Shown here piece by piece: positions 39,231 to 52,129 of a stretch of 64,000 bases of DNA (positions within the stretch are counted from its first letter, which is position 1; each line of letters begins with the position of its first letter). The position numbers were made by a program, and so were the translations under genes. Source of the stretch: Octopus sinensis. Lineage: Eukaryota. The stretch is from NCBI RefSeq assembly GCF_006345805.1, contig NC_042999.1, positions 88,598,001-88,662,000 on the forward strand, in the 5' to 3' direction. The notes under the pieces were generated by a model. It searched no databases, was not told the origin of the DNA, and worked only from the letters and a program-made list of their open reading frames with translations.

Positions 39231-39984
39231 CTTAAATATTACTGGGAAGCAAGTTTTATTTTGTTGATCAGATAGATGATATTATAGATGATAGATGATT
39301 AAAATGTGGCTTTCTAACCTGGCTCTCTTCAATCAGGATTCCAATTGAGTTCATTTATCTTTGAATAATAAGGAACTGGTTTTTCTTTCTCCTTAAAACA
39401 AAATAGGATTTATTCTGTTTTGTTTGCAAAGTAAAGAATATAACACTACTTTTCTAGTCTCAGTTTCCTTGGTTGAGAAAAATATATCTGTCTTACCTAT
39501 GTTACAATAAGAATAGTATTTAAAAAAAAGAGAAAATTGGTTATAAAATGTCTAAATTAGCTAAGAACTTAATTGATCCAATTAAATTGCACACAAGCTG
39601 TTTACACCTGAACTTGTCTTCCTATATATGGAAAATAAACATTAAATGATAAATTGTTGTTTTTTTTCTGGTGGTGGTGGTGGTGGCAGCATCGGCACTG
39701 GCAATGGCAGCAGCTGTGGTGGTAGTGGTGGTGGTGGAGGGAGTAGCAGCAGCGGTGGTGGCAGTGTTGAGGATGACAATGATGATGTTGATGCCAATGA
39801 TGACAAAAATGATTGTAATGGTAATGATGAAAATGGTGATGGCTATGATGATGTTAATTATGATAAAGCTAGGAATCAGGCAAAGTCATTATTCTTTACT
39901 GTCTATATTTGAAGAACATGGCTGAAGATGGCATGTGGGTGGAGGAGATGAAGTATAGTTCAGATCATAACCAGAATCTCTAAC

Positions 39985-40081
39985 CTTTGTCTAAAGTAGC
40001 AGACTTTTCATTCAGGTAGCTGAAGAACTTTCTTATCAGGTAAATGCAGGCGTCTGGAACCTCTGCATTAATCAGCACTGT
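39985..40081 (-). CDS. Candidate internal exon of an armadillo-repeat-like protein (TVLINAEVPDACIYLIRKFFSYLNEKSATLDK)
   Basis: Acceptor CATCTACCTTGCTGTAG, donor AAAG|GTTAGA, only phase 0 is open; phase-compatible with the 44990-45149 candidate. Confidence 0.4.
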
Positions 40082-40889
40082 CTACAGCAAGGTAGATGAC
40101 AATGATGACTAAGATGATGATGATGATGAGGTGCCACTGACAATGATAACAAAGATGAAGACGGTGATGATGATGAGACTAATCACATCAATGATGGCAG
40201 GAGTGGTGGCAGTATTGATAGTAGCAATACTGCTGCTAATGATGATCATGAATGATGATGAATAATGATGATGAATGATGATGAAGATGGTGATGATGGT
40301 CATGGTCATCATCACGAGCAAGATAATGCTGCTTGTGGTAGTAGTGATTGTGGGCTTAGTAGTATCGGTGATGATGATAATGGTGAGAATTTAATTAATA
40401 TTGATACGAATTTGAAGACATCTTGGATTCAATAATTGTACTCACAATGCATTGAGATCATTGCCAATGATTGCAACTAACAATGGACTGCACTTTTATC
40501 CTTAGTTAAAAACTGATATCAAGATAAGAGCCATACTTCAAAATATTATTTCCATTTATCAGTTTCATAACTATACATCCTCTCTTATTTGACCTCATTC
40601 TTTTCCTATTAAATTTTGTGCTAATCAATATTGTTTTATTGTAAGCCAGTGGCTGCAATAGCTGTGTGCTGTTTTACATGTTACATTGATATAAATTCAC
40701 AAATCAGAAATAGATAAAAATATACTTGATTGAATTGTCCTGATTATATGACTGGCAGTTACTTTATGTAGGTGTATACATAGCTGCTTGGTTATAAAAG
40801 TATGCTGAATTAAAGACTTTATATATATATATGGTATTAAGCCTCATTCACTTATAGTCTGATTCCAAACCCTACTGGGATTATAATTA

Positions 40890-41690
40890 AAATAATAATC
40901 GTGATCTGCTATACAGGAAGAGAAGACATGGAGGAAGAGGACTGATAAGTGTGGAAGACTGCATGTGTATTGAGCTCAAGAGCTTAATGAGTTACCTTGC
41001 CCAAAGTAAGGAAACCTTGCTAAAGACAGTTAGGAACAAGGGAGTGCTGAAAGCAGAGAAAAAAGGAAAAACAAAGGAAGAAGTACAAAAAGGACATGAA
41101 GAAGAATTACACAAGAAGGAACTACACAATCAATTCCTTATAATCACAACAGAAGTTGCTGGAAAAATAGGTGGGGTTGGGTGAAGAAAGGAACACTAAA
41201 AACAGAGACTGAGAACACTATACTGGCAGCACAAGACCAAGCTTTGGCCATGAACTGGAGGGTCAACCTTAGGAATGAGCAATGTCTCTGCAGTGCTACA
41301 TCTGCAATAGAGTAGATGAAACCATTGCCCATATCACAAACAAATGTCCTAGACTTGCCCCAAACCACTACAAGTTGTGGTGACACTACCAGGTAGTGTA
41401 AGTGCTACAATGGAAACTGTGTGAAAAGTGGGGGCTAGCGAGAGGCAAGTCATGGTATGAGCACAAACCGCAGAGAGTGGCAGAGTCAGAGACCAGCAAA
41501 ATCCTCTGGGATTTCTCAATCCAAACAGATCAGATGCTAGTGCATAACAGACTGGTCCTAGTGGTGATGAACAAGGTGCACCACATATGCTATATAGTTA
41601 ATGTTGCATGTCCCTTTAATCCACAAATAGTCAAGAAGGAAGACAGAAAGATAAATACAACCCTCTTAAGTACGAAATAGCCCGGCTTCT
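40890..41690 (+). mobile_element. R4/Dong-type LINE 3' relic (CCHC knuckle and restriction-like endonuclease)
   Basis: CYICNRVDETIAHITNKCPRLA at 41294; KILWDFSIQTDQMLVHNRLVLVV...IVNVACP in ORF 41402-41680. Confidence 0.85.
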
Positions 41691-41714
41691 ATCTAACAAA
41701 TCTACTTGCAATGT

Positions 41715-41820
41715 TTTGGCTGGCCTGGAGCTAAAGTAGAAGATGCTTGCCCAAGGTGCCTCATAATGAGACTGAACCTGAAACAATGTAGTTGAGAAGT
41801 AAACATCTTAACCATACCAA
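41715..41820 (-). mobile_element. SINE family A head fragment
   Basis: GTAGAAGATGCTTGCCCAAGGTGCC...GACTGAACCTGAAAC. Confidence 0.65.
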
Positions 41821-42548
41821 TCATACAATTAAATCAACTATAATTATCCTTTTCTGATTTGTGACTTTGTAGTAATGTAACACACAAAATAACAAAGTCA
41901 CTGGAACAAGTAAATCCATGAGTATGAGAAATTTTAAATTGCAAGGCAACACTTTTAACTTTTAATTACTGCTAAGATTAAATTCAGCCTTCAGCTTATC
42001 AGATTTGGTAAAATAAGTAGCAGTGATATACTAAGAAGGCCAAGTTAATCTACTTACAAAACTATGCCTAGAGGAAAATATCCAGGTATGTCTGCTGCAT
42101 GAAAACTTAATAGTAAAGTGCATACTTGATTTGATAAGCCAAGAAGTTTTAACTAATAAAATTTTTCTGATCAAGCAAAAATTGCTCTGAATGAAATTAA
42201 TGCTGATTTATTTTCACTGGATAGCTTTATATTTCAAGATAAAAATGGGAAATTTTGCTGTTCATCATCTTCTCAAGGGCAATTTTTAAATACATTTACT
42301 CAAAAAGAAAGATAGAGGCCATGTTTTTTCACAAGGCCTCCAAGATTGATGGCAAAGAGGTAGAAGGATATCCTGAAACAGGAGAATTAGTCTAAATGTT
42401 TGTAACAGAATGGACTCTTCTAAAGACAGTGAAGTGATATTAAACCAGATAACAGATAAGTCTGACATCCAAGTTGGCCATGGCAGAATTTGGATTAAGA
42501 ACAGTAAAAGACAGAGCAAAAACGGTAAGGCATCCATCCATCCATTAA

Positions 42549-42627
42549 TACATACATACATACATACATACATACATACATACATACATACATACATACA
42601 TACATACATACATACATACATACATAC
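42549..42627. repeat. (TACA)n microsatellite
   Basis: Direct reading. Confidence 0.95.
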
Positions 42628-44444
42628 TAGTGGCACAGTGAAGATTTGTAAGACATTCCAAAAATTCTCCATCTCAGATTCTTATGTGAATAGATGCACA
42701 CACTTGGATGTATGCATCAATAGTTCAACCAACACACAAACTCAACTACATACTAACAAGCAGCAGGAATTCTCTTAACTCAAAAAGTCTTGTTGTTTTG
42801 TTAGCAACCAGCTTGAACTCTTTGAAGAACTTAAATTAAACTCTAAGGATGTATATATGTATGCATGTATGTATATGTGTAGGCTGTTTACAAGTAGGTA
42901 AATAGGTTGGTTGGTTAGTCACTTGCTCACTTGAGGTAGGTAGGTAGGTAGGTAGGTAAGAATACCTGTACAAACAGTGGTGGACAAAACTGAAGAACTT
43001 TGTTATATTTGTTCTGTACCAAATTACAAACAATCAGTTGTCACTCTCACCATCAGATAAAAAGTGAGCCAATCTTTGGCTCACTGAAACTCAGTAACCA
43101 GCAACACTATTCTTCACCAATTGCTATATTAAGTAAAAATAAATTTATAGTAGATTTATAGTAGAAATAAAATGACATGATGGGGCATATACTGCTGTTT
43201 GAAAGACATCACCAATATAAGTAAAGTAAAAGTTATTACAATCATATATCAAAACCAGTCCATGGATTAAGTTCACTGGGAGTTTACTTTCTCTATTTAA
43301 TGGTACTAATCTTGTAAATAAATCAATATTGTTTTGTTTCATGTGTGCATGTATGTGCATATATGATATGTGTGCATAAGTATGTCTGTGTATATGAATG
43401 TGTGTATGTATATATTTGCAAAATTCTTTATAAGTTCATTTTATTCTGTAGCTAAAATATTTCGAATGAATTTATAGTTTATAGCTTCAATTCGAAAATA
43501 ATCTTTAATTTCCCAATTAAAAACTATACATAAAACTCTACTAATAATTTATCATTTATGACAGCTGCCATAAATTTCAGATATTGGGGATATGAGAAAA
43601 AAAATTGCTTCACTTCCATCAATATGTGATTTCAGATTTTAACTATTGAGGTTATCTACATATATCTGATTCTACGGCTGGCTGATTTAGTAGTAAAGTC
43701 ATTGATAACCAGATATATGACAAAAGCTGTGTGTTTTTAGTTTGTTTTTTTTTTTCTTTGGGCAGAAAGATCACAGTTAATTTGATTTGGTGCCCTTTCC
43801 ATGATGTAATTGTATATGAATTATAATGAAAGTGTATTGAAAGTATGAACAGCAGTGAACAGAAGTTGCTCCAATCGTTTTTCAATTACCACAGTACATT
43901 TCTCAGATTAGTGGTAATGCAATTGTTTTACTCATTATAGGAGTTTAGCATAGTACTTGCAAGTTAATTAAATGATAATTAATTGCACAATACTTTTCCC
44001 TATTTACTGATATGAATTGAACTCTTACATGTACCTATAAACAAGTGAACTTGGCTAATGAAATATGACTGTCTTTACAAATGACTTATTAGAGCAATGA
44101 GGATGGATATAAACTGTTATATTGCCTGTTATTCATCTAGTAGTTTAATAATATAATCACAAGTAGCTTTGATGATGACCAATAGGGAAAACTGTTATGT
44201 GGTCACAATATCTGCTCAAAGTAGCTGAAAAATTTTTCTCAAACCATGCACTGTCATCTTTCGAAAGAGTAGGTCACTTTCAACAATATAGTCCTGAATA
44301 CATGCTCAGAACATAAAATGAAATAGTCATGGTTAGAATGTTTTGATCATTAGTCTTGTTGATCAGAGCTGTCTCAGGGTTAAACAACAACAAATCAATG
44401 ATTCCAAGTGAGTGTTTCACCTCTCAACGTATTTACCTGATTAA

Positions 44445-44617
44445 GGCATCAAGCTGGCAGAATCATTAGCACACTGGCTGAAATGCTTATCAGCATTTCA
44501 TCCGTCTTCATGTTCTGAGTTCAAATTCTGAGTTCAAATTCTTGAGCACTGAGGTCAATGTAATCAACTTACACCCTCCCTCAAAATTGCTGCCTTTGTG
44601 CCAAAATTAGAAACCTG
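44445..44617 (+). mobile_element. SINE family C with internal deletion and short duplication
   Basis: AAGCTGGCAGAATCATTAGCAC...TTCTGAGTTCAAATTCTGAGTTCAAATT...GTGCCAAAATTAGAAACC. Confidence 0.75.
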
Positions 44618-44685
44618 ACAATACATTTACATAAGCTGAAAATATTGCTTGGTTAGTATCCAAACTTAATGTCCAGATGATCACT

Positions 44686-44799
<114 letters not shown>

Positions 44800-44989
44800 T
44801 GTATGAATGTATATACATGCATACATACATGTGTATACATACATGCACAAACAAACACACATATGTATGTATATAATTTGCTTGGGTAGTTTACTGCAAC
44901 TGATGGCTGTTTAATCTACTAATAGAAGAATGCCATGAAACATAGCAGCAACAGCTGAAACATGCAAAACCAAGAAGAATAAGAAATAC

Positions 44990-45149
44990 CATTCTCATAA
45001 ATTCCACATCAATATATCTAGCTGAAATATTAGAACAACATTGGACTAAGGAAATAGTAACAGACCAGTTAGGCTCTCTACTAGCCCTACTCAAAAATTT
45101 TGCAAATGTTCTGTCAATGTCATTGCACAGGTAGAAATTCATTTCTCTG
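44990..45149 (-). CDS. Candidate internal exon of an armadillo-repeat-like protein (REMNFYLCNDIDRTFAKFLSR...SLVQCCSNISARYIDVEFMRM)
   Basis: Strong acceptor CCTTACATCTTCTTTCAG, donor ATG|GTATTT, 160 nt (1 nt plus 53 codons); helix pattern LVQCCSNIS resembles ARM H3. Confidence 0.4.
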
Positions 45150-45559
45150 CTGAAAGAAGATGTAAGGCAGAATGATATATATTTTTATAAGACAACTTTG
45201 AAATTGTGAGGTGTGCTTCAGATATTACCTTGTAATAAAACCTGAGCTTGTACAAGGGCTCAAAGAGCAACCTTAACTCTTTAGCATTCAAATTATTCAA
45301 TTAAATGTAATGCTTATTGATTCACATTTTCAAAAATTTGCCATATGTTACCTTGTAACCTCAAGATTTTGAAGACATGATTGTTAGTACGTGTGAGAGA
45401 CCAGATCTGGCTGATTTGAACATGATACTGGTAGAATATTTGGGCCAAATATGACTGGTTTAAATGCTTTAAGGTTAATGAGTACCAGACAGACTAATAG
45501 CATTGCTCTGTTCTTTCAGTAGAGGCCGTTACTTTTATCTACCATGATCTAACCTGGGA

Positions 45560-45900
45560 TTCCTTTGATGGGAAATTGCTCAACCTCACTCTTCTACTTC
45601 AGGAAGCTATTATAGTAGACATCTGTTAGTCTTGAAAAACCAAGGATCTGTGCCCAAAGAAATCATGTCAGTTGCTGATAGTCGTGTGGCATCTACTGTG
45701 GCTGCAGAGGCCCACACAGGAGTGGTAGTCATGCATACAGTGACTGCATTTGAAAGAGCTCTCTGCCAGCACTACTGGTTTTTCCTTAGGAAAGCTATTA
45801 CCTTCATTAATGGAAAAAGGCTTCAATCTCTGACTGAAGTCAGATTATATAAGGGTTTATAAAAAGTGTGATGTTGCTTTGTAGCAAAACATAAATACAG
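45560..45900 (-). mobile_element. RTE-type LINE 3'-end relic with terminal zinc knuckle
   Basis: FKCSHCMHDYHSCVGLCSHSRCH fits the Cx2C...GL.SH.R.H C-terminus of RTE-clade ORFs. Confidence 0.55.
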
Positions 45901-45939
45901 AATACAAAGGATGTACAAAAGCTGGAAATATGTAAAGTA

Positions 45940-46270
45940 AGCATGCTCTACTGGATGTGTAATATCAGTATGCATGAATCAGGAAACACTAGAATGCAGA
46001 AAGAATGACTAATGATAGGATGTAATGTATAAGAGGGAAGACTGGGCTGGCATAGATGTGTGATGTGAAAAGAGGTGATTATAGTGATCGTGATGAAAAG
46101 AGCTTGAAGAAGTGGACAACCAATTAAAATATGGAAAGAAGTTGCAAAATTTGATCTTGGGAGGTTAAATCTCCAATGGAAATGTAAAAGATCTACAAAA
46201 AGTGATGAAATTCTGTGATGGAGGGTACTTAGTGAATATATGTAAAATAAGCACAGGAAATTTAATGTAA
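45940..46270 (+). mobile_element. Old RTE fragment
   Basis: CTACTGGATGTGTAATATCAGTATGCATG (WMCNISMH) and decayed downstream RTE motifs. Confidence 0.5.
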
Positions 46271-47458
46271 AATGCTGATGATGATGACAATGATGTATGA
46301 GTAGTGGATGTGAGTGGTATGTATAGGTAGGTATGTGGGTAGGTAGGTAGACAGACAAACAGACAGATAGATAGACAGATAGATATTACAATTAAGAAAT
46401 GTAGGTTTTGAACTCATATCACAGCATTTTATATTGCCCTAAAGGAGTAACATATTAATATCAACCACAGCAGGATTTTATATTAAGAGTTGTAAATTTC
46501 CGAGCAGCAATATTATCCAGTTCATTCCAATATCTTCTTTTAGTGTGAGTAAATTTAGTTATTAAGTATTTCTATTGAAAATGCATGAGCTAACAGTATG
46601 ATACTAAGAATTTAGCTTCAATGTCTTTATAGAAGCTCATCGCATCTGACATGTTTTGATCATCTACTCAGAACACTAATCACTAACTTAAAATGAAAAA
46701 GGAAAAGAAAATAAAGAGACCAAGAAAAAAAAAGGTGGGGGGGGAGAAAAAGAAAAAGTTTCAGCTGGTTTAGTTGTTAACCATTTCCTTTAGTTCTGAA
46801 TGGTTAATCACAATCCTGACACTTCTAGAGCAGTGCTTTACAACTGAATATCTACTCTTAAATGGTAACATTTGAGGTGTCTTGTAGATATTTCAACCAA
46901 GGGTACACTCTTTGTATAGAATTCAGAGTTAACACTCCTGACTAATATGAACTTAATTCAATGTATCAGAAGCGGTCACTGTCAATGTTGCAAGACAATG
47001 AATGTGGGAGAAAATTAAACTAAGAAACATTTAGAAGGGAATAAGAGAAATCAATGAACATTAAAATGTAGGTAATCTAAAATAACCTCAGAAATGCTTT
47101 AGAAATGGAATGAAGATGTTTAAGATATTAAATGCAGAAGATAAGTGTCCTTGCTGATTTCACTTACTCACTATGGGGAACATTTATATATTTCTTTTAT
47201 TTCCATATAGAATTTCCAAAACAACAAAACAAAAAAAAACAAAAAAATAGAATAAAATTCTGCAAAAAGCAGATAAAATTTATTAATATAGGTCGCTTTC
47301 GTTGGGAAGTTGTCTTGTCTTGTTTATTTGTGTAAGTTGCTTTGCTACTACTACTACTACTACTACAACTATTACTACTACAGCTACTACTGCTAATGCT
47401 ACCACTACCACCATCAACAAAAACAACAAGACCTCCATCACTGTCGGCATCATCATCG

Positions 47459-47490
<32 letters not shown>

Positions 47491-47774
47491 GTTATTATTA
47501 TTAGTTTTTGCTTTTACTTGTACTAAATGAGATTTGGGAATTAAAAGAAAATAGATTTCATTGATGGAAGTTTAACTTTGGGATATATCTTGAAATATTT
47601 TATTGATGTTTGGCTGGTCTCTTATGATTTACTTCCTTTATCAACAACAAAACCATTGAATGACAAAGAAAGTCAAATAAATAAACTAATGACAACAACA
47701 CTGAATGAAAAATGAAATGTCTGATGCATACACACACATATATGAGTATGTATGTATGTATCTATCTATGTATC

Positions 47775-47862
<88 letters not shown>

Positions 47863-48134
47863 AAGTATTATTACCATTATTTATAGTAGTAATAAGGAGG
47901 CTAGCAAGTTCCCACCATTACAGGCACAATATAAGGTAAATTAAGATTCAATAGGGTATATAATACCACATGCTAAAATCAGAGGCAATGCTCTAAAAAC
48001 CAACATAAAACTCACAATAAAGATACATACGAGCAATGCAATGATCATGAGAAGTAGGCTTACCTATATATATATGTGTGTGTGAGCATGTATATATATA
48101 TACACACACACACATACACACATACATACATACA

Positions 48135-48166
<32 letters not shown>

Positions 48167-48868
48167 CAGTCTGCATGATTGATGAACTTTATTTGACAGA
48201 AACTTTTTAATGTATTCTGTTTACAATAATCACATCAACAATTAAACCATCTTTTCTTTAGACCTGACAATAGTTTCAATAGTATATATATATATATATA
48301 ATTATTTATTTGTAGCATTTTGTTTTAGTCAATTTGTTTTTAATAACAATATTAGTTATTTATTCAACAGTGGTTGTAATATATATTGAAAATAATTGCA
48401 TTTACTATTCTAAGCAAGTTTGAAAGTTAAGTAAGCATGAAAATAACTAGCCTAATTAATAAAATGTGTTATTGGTAGACTAATAAATAGCTAAAGTTAG
48501 ATTTTAGATTCAAAAGTTAAAAAACATAAACCCAAATATATAAAAGAAATGCAAATTAAAATGGAACATTTTAGTCTGTAATGAAATTTCATTATTCAAA
48601 ATATTTTAAGTGTTTTTTTCCATAATGATGAGTTACTTTTATTTTTGTTTCTTTCTTTTTAATTCTAGGTTATTAAAATATCTTTGTTGATTAATTTTAA
48701 GAATTTTACAGGTTTTTGGAGCTTCTCTTCAAACAGAAATTTTCCTCAACTGTCAAATAATTTCAGAACTGTTATTCTAATTTTAATAAAGTCACTGATC
48801 TAATAACAGACTTTAGATTCTGGTATCATTTGTCTCTTGGAGAAAAGATAAAAAATACATTTTATTAC

Positions 48869-48947
48869 CTATGGAAATATTTAATATTAGCTCTACTAAA
48901 TTTGCATGAAGTAGCCGCCAAATATTTCTATCATTATGCCTTATTGT
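48869..48947 (-). CDS. Candidate internal exon, ARM-like (TIRHNDRNIWRLLHANLVELILNISI)
   Basis: Acceptor TTTCATTCCAATTTTCAAG, donor ATAG|GTAATA, 79 nt open in phase 0. Confidence 0.3.
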
Positions 48948-49276
48948 CTTGAAAATTGGAATGAAATAGGTAAAATTTAGATAAAGATATACAACTCCCC
49001 ACCCAAAAAAAGCCTAAACAACAACAGGCAGTATCTAAGAATCAAGATATAATTTGAATACAAAGTTTAATATCATTTCAAGGAATAAATAATATTGCCA
49101 TTCTAAAAGTTTTGTAAGTGAAATAGATTGTTACAAGTGATCTGATATAGTTGAATTGATAAATATAATAGAATTGATATTACATGGAAGGTGGAAAAAT
49201 TCATAAAGCTGGGAGTGTGTTGCACAGAACCTCTCAATTCCTTTGACTTCCAGCCATCTGACATATATATATATAT

Positions 49277-50005
49277 GGAGATGTACTTGCATAGCACGTG
49301 ACCTGATCTGAGATCATGTGCTGGAACGAAAACAGTTGCAGCATGTAAGGTGTTTATAAGCCATTTAAGAAACATGCAAAAACCGTTAGATTCACTTCAA
49401 CATTTAAATTTAATTTGTCAAAATATTTTCGTCGCTTTGAGACTGCAACCTGTTCACTGATGCAGCACGAAGTTTTGTCTGTGAACAGGTCGTGGTCTCA
49501 AAGCGACGAAAATATTTTGACAAATTAAATTTAAATGTTGAAGTGAACCTAATGGCTTTTTTGTGTTTCTTAAATGGCTTATAAACACCTTCCATGCTGC
49601 AATTGTTTTATATACATATATATATATATATTATATATATATATATATATATAATATATATATATATATATGGAGATGTACTTGCATAGCACGTGACCTG
49701 ATCTGAGATCATGTGCTGGAACGAAAACAGTTGCAGCATGTAAGGTGTTTATAAGCCATTTAAGAAACATGCAAAAACCGTTAGATTCACTTCAACATTT
49801 AAATTTAATTTGTCAAAATATTTTCGTCGCTTTGAGACTGCAACCTGTTCACTGATGCAGCACGAAGTTTTGTCTGTGAACAGGTCGTGGTCTCAAAGCG
49901 ACGAAAATATTTTGACAAATTAAATTTAAATGTTGAAGTGAACCTAATGGCTTTTTTGTGTTTCTTAAATGGCTTATAAACACCTTCCATGCTGCAATTG
50001 TTTTA
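49277..50005. repeat. Two identical copies (period 395 bp) of a hairpin-forming element embedded in (TA)n
   Basis: 49277-49610 equals 49672-50005; each has about 129-bp inverted arms (49329-49457 / 49481-49609). Short inverted copy at 51790-51890. Confidence 0.9.
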
Positions 50006-50016
50006 TATACATATAT

Positions 50017-50065
<49 letters not shown>

Positions 50066-50478
50066 CACCATCTGACCATATGTATGTGTGGTCAGGTGAT
50101 TGGGTCTAAAGGACAACTTTGGTTACAACATGTCTCTGATTCTTATACATTCTCATAGCCAGTATTGGCTATAAACTAATTAAGATAAGTATTCTGAAAT
50201 AGTAGAATCATCTGATCTCTTTGCTTCTTGTATGCATGTTAAGGACATTCCTTCTAGTTTCTTTATAAATTCAAATGTTACTTTTTAAAATACCACTTTT
50301 CCAACTAGGTTGGTTGGATTCACAATGAGCAAGATATTATCTCAGCTGTTTATACTTGTTTAAAATTTTACTTGAAGATGGTGGATTATATACTGTGATA
50401 TAATCTATGATTACATCAATAAAATTCTACTGAAGCAGCTGTCATAAATTTCAAACCCCATTTGTGTTCTTTTTCATA

Positions 50479-51786
50479 GGGGGAAAAACTAGAAGTAGTT
50501 GATAGCTTCCGTTATCTAGGTGACCAAGTCAGTAGTGGGGGTAGGTATGCTGAGAGTGTAACTGCTAGAATAAGAATAGCCTGGGCAAAGTTTAGGGAGC
50601 TCTTACCTCTGCTGGTGACTAAAGGCCTCTCGCTCAGAGTAAAAGGCAGACTGTATGATGCATGTGTACGAACTGCCATGCTACATAGCAGTGAAACATG
50701 GGCCGTGACTGCTGAGGACATGCGTAAGCTCATGAGGAATAAGCCAGTATGCTCCGATGGATGTGTAATGTCAGTGTACTTACTCGACAGAGCGTTAGTG
50801 CCTTGAGAGAAATGTTGTACCTAAGAAGCATCAGTTGTGGTGTGCAAGAGAGATGATTGCACTGGTATGGTCATGTGGCGAGAATGGATGAAGATAGGTG
50901 TGTGAGAAAGTGCCAATCCCTAGCAGTTGAGGGAACCCGTGGAAGAGGTAGACCCAGGAAAACCTGGGACGAGGTGGTGAAGCACGACCTTCGAACGTTA
51001 GGTCTCACCATGGAAATGACTAGAGACCGAGACCTATGGAAGTATGCTGTGCATGAGAAGACCCGGCAAGACTAGTGAAGCCATAACCCGTGGCCCCTAC
51101 CTGGGACGTAGTCAGTCCACCTGTGCATACCTTCCTTCTTGTGACACTTGTGAAGACCTGTTGAGGCAAGTGAAAATCAAATCAAATCAAAACAAATCAA
51201 AATAGATGAACATCAATGGAAATTGTATCCTTGTGGTACCAGTGCCGGTGGCACATAAGAAAACCATCCGAACGTGGCCGTAGCCAGTACCGCATCGACT
51301 GGCCTCTGTGCTGTGGGCACGTAACAAACACCATCCGATCGTGGCCGTTCGCCAGCCTCGTCTGGCACCTGTGTCGGTGGCACATAAAAAACATCATCCG
51401 AGCATGGCCGTCTGCCAGCCTCGTCTGGCACCTATGTCGATGGCACATAAAAAACACCATCCGAGCGTGACCGTCTGCCAGCCTCGTCTGGCACCTGTGT
51501 TGGTGGCACATAAAAAACACCATCCGAGCGTGACCGTCTGCCAGCCTCGTCTGGCACCTGTGTCGGTGACACATAAAAAACACCATCCGAGCTTGGCCGT
51601 CTGCCAGCCTCGTCTGGCACTTGTGTCGGTGGCACATAAAATCACCCACTACACTCTCGGAGTGGTTGGCGTTAGGAAGGGCATCCAGCTGTAGAAACAC
51701 TGCCAGATCTGACTGGCCTGACCCCAGTTGAACCGTCCAACCCATGCTAGCATGGAAAGCGGACGTTAAACGATGATGATGATGAT
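50479..51786 (+). mobile_element. 5'-truncated RTE LINE, best-preserved copy
   Basis: EKLEVVDSFRYLGD...AWAKFRELLPLL...SETWAVTAEDMRKL, HWYGHVARMDEDR...GRGRPRKTWDEVV, stop at 51075, (GAT)n tail. Confidence 0.92.
51240..51645 (+). repeat. 63-bp tandem array in the RTE 3'UTR
   Basis: Units start at 51371, 51434, 51497, 51560, 51623; two diverged units upstream. Confidence 0.95.
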
Positions 51787-51896
51787 ATATATTCCATGCT
51801 GGTTTATAAACACCTTCCAGGTTGCAATTGTTTTCATTCCAGCACACGATCTTAGATCAGGTCACTTGCTATGCAAGTACATCTCTGTAATATATA

Positions 51897-51963
<67 letters not shown>

Positions 51964-52129
51964 CAGGAGAATAAAGTTCACAAGTCATCTTTTCCAGAGG
52001 GTATGGAGGTTGGTCTGTACTTTTGTGAAGGCAATATTTTGAATGATGCTTTCATGTTGAAGTAATGGATTAAGTGGTTAGCTAGTATGTAAATGGTCCA
52101 CATGTGTATATAGAGTGAGAACGACAGAC

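Noticed and set aside
40016-40039. Plus-strand 24-nt microexon (VAEELSYQ) with good splice sites
   Set aside because: It overlaps the longer minus-strand candidate and has no supporting neighbours; it cannot be excluded without stranded RNA-seq.
49455-49490. Hammerhead in the loop of the 395-bp hairpin unit (CTGATG...CGAA...GTC)
   Set aside because: Lacks the final A of CUGANGA and a GAAA box, and has no stem II; better explained as asymmetric truncation of one arm.
51240-51645. CRISPR-like array
   Set aside because: Units are contiguous near-identical repeats with no unique spacers, no cas genes, and a eukaryotic context.
51197-51847. Longest ORF in the track (216 aa, Cys/His-rich 21-aa repeats)
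   Set aside because: It is the antisense reading of a 63-bp (3x21) tandem array in an RTE 3'UTR; several frames on both strands are open for the same reason.
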